Below, in pieces: positions 59,236 through 64,000 of a stretch of DNA of 64,000 nt. The translations under genes and the position numbers were made by a program. The stretch covers positions 19,829 through 83,828 of the forward strand of contig JAUCBJ010008071.1 of NCBI GenBank assembly GCA_032718475.1, in the 5' to 3' direction. How positions within the stretch are numbered: the stretch's first letter is position 1; each line of letters starts with the position of its first letter. Origin of the DNA: Nemertoderma westbladi (Eukaryota; Animalia; Xenacoelomorpha). The notes beneath the pieces are model-generated. The model saw only the letters and a program-made list of their open reading frames with translations. It made no database searches and was not told the DNA's origin.

Positions 59236-59759
59236 ATCATTTTGTTAATTTTAAAGTCGGCCTCCGTTATTCGAATTAGAAATAATTCTGGTAACCCCCC
59301 ACGCCAAATATCAGAAACATTGATTGTGCTCCCTATGTTAAGATAGAATTTTCCTAAACCGTGCGAAAATACTGATTAATATACTTATTTTACAAATATA
59401 CTTAAGGGGGGGGGGGGGGGGTATACCCCCCCACCCCCCTCAGGTAAAATTTTCAAATTATTGTTTCTTTATTTCACCTAGAGCAGAATTTAATGAGGAT
59501 TACAAATCTGAAAACCGCTTAGTGAGACCTCTTTCAGTTCTATCGTATCGTATGACGGTCTGTCCGTCAAATTGTAAGAAACACCGAAGACCGACAGACA
59601 GACAGATAGACTAGATTCCACCAAAAATTAAAACTGACATCGGAAATGAAATCAGCGACCCCGAAAACCGAAAATATTTAAAAATTCAAAAACTTGAATA
59701 GATAATGTTATAACGAATATTAATAATCAAATAGTAGTGGAAACTTTTTAATTAACGTA

Positions 59760-61290
59760 GGTACAACCGACCATCTCCCAATTTTCTGTTCGTTCGAAAA
59801 TACCAAAAATTATTTTGAAGAAAAAACAAAACGTGCTTTCAACTGGTCAAAATTTAATAAAAACAAATTTATTTCCGACTTGAAACATTCTGACAACTGG
59901 CCATACCTAAACTCTACTGAACCCTTCAACTTATCATCAATTTATGACAATTTCGAATCTATGTTCAAAAAACCTACCTTGCCGAGACGAATACACTTAG
60001 CTACAATAATTAACTCAAATTTTCAACAAGGAACTTTCCCAGACATGTTAAAAATTGCTCGTATTACACCAGTTTACAAAAGTGATGACCCACTGGGACC
60101 ATCTAACTACCGTCCAATCTCTGTACTTCTGGTGTTCAGTAAAATATATGAAAAAATTATTAATTTATCCCCTTTTCATGCAATCCTTTCAATGACAGAG
60201 AAAATACGAGAAATTATCGACTCAAAATCATCCGCCTGTGTGATCTATATGGACCTAAAAAAAGCGTTCGATACAGTTAACCACAATATTCTCATCAAAA
60301 AGTTAGAAACCTACGGGATCCGGGGCACTCTGCTAAATCTTTTCAAAAACTACTTTTCTGAGCGGTTTACTTCAATAAAAAACATAAATTCTTCTAAACA
60401 ACTAATAAAATGCGGAATAGCCCAGGGTTTAATACTAGGTCCTCTTTGTTTCTTACTTTACATTAATGACATATCTGATGCCTCGAACTTATTTACAGTA
60501 CTCTTTGCTGACGATTCAATTTTTTTACATACAAGTCACAATAACCGCTGGTATCATTGAAGGTACAAATTCAGGCCTTAGAAATATTCACGAAAGGTTA
60601 ACGGTTAACCGATTATTGATTGTCGCTCAACTTAAAAAAATAGAATTCTGATATTTTCTAAAATTTGAATAAATCTCATTTCAATGGCTTTATACAAATT
60701 AACAACACTCCACTCAAACAAAAATAATTTACAAAATATTTAGGTATAATGGTAGACCAAAATCTTACATGGCGGGCACACCATTAACTACATTAATAAA
60801 AAAAATTCAAAAATTTCAGGTATATTTGATCGGCTTAGACGGATTTTTCCTCACCAAATCCTTAAAATGCTTTACTTTTCTCTCCCTTACATACATTACG
60901 GGCTGGTAGTCTGGGGTTGCGCGGGGTCTGCACTGATTAACCAGCTTAGAATCAAAGTAAATAAAATTCTAAGATGTATAACTTTTCTGACAGGATGGAC
61001 TCCTCATTTCCTATTTATCAACCTATAATTACGACTGTTCTGGCTTAAAAACACTTTTCTCATTTACCCGTGACACTCATAGATATCAAACTCTGTCTTC
61101 AACATTAAATTATTTTTTTATCCCACGTAAAAATGTACTCATCGGTCAGAGGGCAATATCTTATCGTGGAGCGGTTCTCTGGAACATTATGTCAACTAGT
61201 TTTTCTCAAATAAAAAATCGCAACAGATTTATTAGAATCCTTAAAAATCACTTTTTCTCGTCACAAAATGCTGACTTGAAGCGAACATAG
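59760..61290 (+). pseudogene. Degenerate CR1/L2-group (Crack/Daphne-like) LINE ORF2
   Basis: FPDMLKIARITPVYK..NYRPISVL, DLKKAFDTVNH, GIAQGLILGPLCFLLYIND, LFADD; frameshifted and internally deleted downstream. Confidence 0.85.
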
Positions 61291-61675
61291 GTGTTTGACG
61301 AGGCGACTTGGCGTCGTGTGGACAGCAGTGTCGATGACTGGAGTCGGGGGGCGGGGCCTTTGGGTGTTGAGACCAGCGCGGACGACACCTGTTAGGCTAT
61401 AATTTCAGATTATTTTCACAATATTATACTTTCAGGTTGTTTCCCTACCCTAAACTGTTTGAATAGGCTTACTAGCTTCTCATGAGCTATTATTATCCAA
61501 TCCGTCGAATTGTCTTTATATACAGGAATACAAAATGTACTATATAGTAAATATTATCTCTAATGTAAAAAACCATTATTGATTGTGTATTTTGAGTCAC
61601 TCATTCTCGTTACCACAACTGTAACTGCCTATAATTCGGAAACAATAATATTGAATTGAAAAATTGAATTATGCT

Positions 61676-61928
61676 GGATCCTGACAATTCCGATCCTGAC
61701 AATTCCGATCCTGACAATTCCGATCCTGACAATTCCGATCCTGACAATTCCGATCCTGACAATTCCGACTCAGGAAATTTTATTCGATCTCTTGAGTGGG
61801 TCGGAATAGTCAGCGTCTGAATTGTCCGGGTCGGAATTGACCGGGTCACAATAAATTGACCGGGTCAGAATTGTCCGGGTCAGAATTGTCCGGATCGGAA
61901 TTGTCCGGATCGGAATTGTCCGTACACC
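61676..61928. mobile_element. MITE built from inverted 15-bp TGACAATTCCGATCC repeats
   Basis: Direct repeats at 61676-61770 and their reverse complements at 61840-61922. Confidence 0.65.
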
Positions 61929-62659
61929 ATGCAGCTCTTCAGTCTGCAGCGCCGATAGAGGGCTAAATGTCTGAATGTGTAAACCTTTACCATTTCTCTG
62001 ATCCAGGCTTTACAGATTGGCGGTCGACTGAATGCCTACATCCAATGCGTCATGTCACCACAAGTTTCAGTTGCCATGGTTTCCACCTGCAGATCCCCTG
62101 TTCCAGAATGCAGTGGAGGCTTTATGGAAACGAGACAAAGGCTATATACCACCTACTCCAAAGCCCAGCGAACTTTCAACAACTGACCTTTAGGTCATTG
62201 ACTGCACCACGTTTACCAATCTAACTTGGCGTAATAATAATATAATAAAATATTTTTTCGAGTAATAGTAAAAGCAATAATATAAAGTAATAAAATAAAT
62301 ATTTTATTCTTTAGTTTTTACTTACGCCTTCCAGACACTAAAGGTTGCATTGTAATAAATTAATAAAATTTAAGAAATTCCGCCATAAACAATTTTTCAC
62401 ATTTTGTTATTTTGCTTTTTTTTGCCGGAAAAAAGTTTTCTCCCGTTTTTTGGGTATATTCGTGGGGTCAGAGTAAAACGCGGATCCGGATCAGGATCCG
62501 GATTCTATCATTTAACATTGTCCCTATGGAAGTCGACTGAATTTACATTTTTAGGGTGTAATCTGCGGATCCGCGCACTGCTAAATTTACCGAATCCGTA
62601 ACCGAGTGTAAAATGCGGATTGGCCTTTTTTTCAGATCCGGAACGGAGTGTAAAGCGCG

Positions 62660-63412
62660 GATTCATTTTTCTACTGAATCCGGGATTGGGTGTAAAATAC
62701 GGATTCAGGTTTATTACAAAGTTTTATTAAATCCGGGAAGGGGTGTAAAACGCGGATTCTAGTTAATTACCAAGTTTTATTGGATCCGGGAAGGGGTGTA
62801 AAACGCGGATTTACGTTAATTACTAAGTTTTATTGGATCCGGAATGGAGTGTAAAACACGGATTTACGTTAATTATCAAGTTTTATTGGATACGGAATGG
62901 AGTGTAAAACACGGATTTACGTTAATTACTAAGTTTTATTGGATCCAGAATGGAGTGTAAAACACGGATTTACGTTAATTACCAAGTTTTATTGGATCCG
63001 GAATGGAGTGTAAAACGCGGATTCAAGTTAATTACCATGTTTTATTGGATCCGGGAAGGGGTGTAAAACGCGGATTCTATTTAATTACCAAGTTTTATTG
63101 GATCCGGGAAGGGGTGTAAAACGCGGATTTGCGTTAATTACCAAGTTTTATTGGATCCGGAATGGAGTGTAAAACGCGGATTCAAGTTAATTACCATGTT
63201 TTATTGGATCCGGGAAGGGGTGTAAAACGCGGATTCTATTTAATTACCAAGTTTTATTGGATCCGGGAAGGGGTGTAAAACGCGGATTTGCGTTAATTAC
63301 CAAGATTAATTGGATCCGGAATGGAGTGTAAAATACGGATTACGTTGATTACCAAGTTTTATTGGATCCGGGAAGGGGTGTAAAACGCGGATTCAAGTTA
63401 ATTAGTAAGTTT
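62660..63412 (+). repeat. 53-bp tandem repeat (GGATCCGG..GTGTAAAACGCGGATT..), ~13 copies
   Basis: Period 53 (62782, 62835, 62888). Confidence 0.9.
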
Positions 63413-64000
63413 TAATGAACAATTTATAAAACGCATATGCAATAAAGACCCAGACCCTCATCTAGTTACAATTATTAATTAGTGCAATGTTTATTGTTCT
63501 TTAGTAACTTTTCTTGGCTTGCTGACTTTCCTGGTTTTTTTCTTCTCCGGGCTCGGGGTGCACGATGTTTGGGTAGTGAGTTCAAGCGGCTCATCAATGG
63601 CTGTATCATTGGTTGGACTCGGAATAACGAATCCCGTAAATGGAACCTTTACAAAGTCATCACTGTCATCCATGTTTAATATGAAATTAAATAAGAAATT
63701 ATACTGAACAGTTCAGCCTCCATTAATTAGGAAGGCAGCAAGCTTGCAAGGCCTTAAATAGAAGACGCTATGATGCAGTACAAACTACCGCCAGCTAGGC
63801 AGAACAGTGATTCTTGTTTGTAAGGGAGGTTGGGATGGATAAGCCAATCAGGGAACAGGACAGTAATCCTACCATACAATTGTCTACAGAGCTGCTCTAC
63901 CAGAGAGGTCACGTTCCCACGGTAGTATAGTTTTTCAGCTAATCAATATCTAATAATGTCTGACGGCCAAACATCACCATCGCCCTTATTAATAATTCAT

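Noticed and set aside
63491-63673. 60-aa ORF with a basic C-terminus
   Set aside because: Short, no splice or homology support; possibly a transposon remnant.

Overview
AT-rich, intron-containing, repeat-dense animal (probably invertebrate) genomic DNA; no prokaryotic operons or CRISPR arrays. Host-gene pieces: the last three exons of a tandem-SH3 protein (-), two internal exons (M1-M2-M3-S2) of a divergent AMPA/kainate-type glutamate receptor (-), the terminal exon of CCDC61/VFL3 (+) and an intact tRNA-Ala(TGC) (-). Most of the rest is mobile DNA: a full-length RTE LINE with an intact ORF, Nin-domain SINEs, Helentron/DINE-like elements, a probable Gypsy-type LTR with an embedded tRNA-like segment, a 4.6-kb TIR element, LINE fragments and minisatellites. 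The centrepiece is an ~19-kb BEL/Pao LTR retrotransposon (22163-41079). Between pol and the 3' LTR it carries a large extra ORF that is not env-like. The two listed ORFs (750 and 665 aa) join into one ~1,412-aa protein when a 4-bp tandem duplication is removed; it has three zinc-knuckle-like motifs and a basic C-terminus. At least three of the element's frameshifts coincide with perfect 4-bp tandem duplications.
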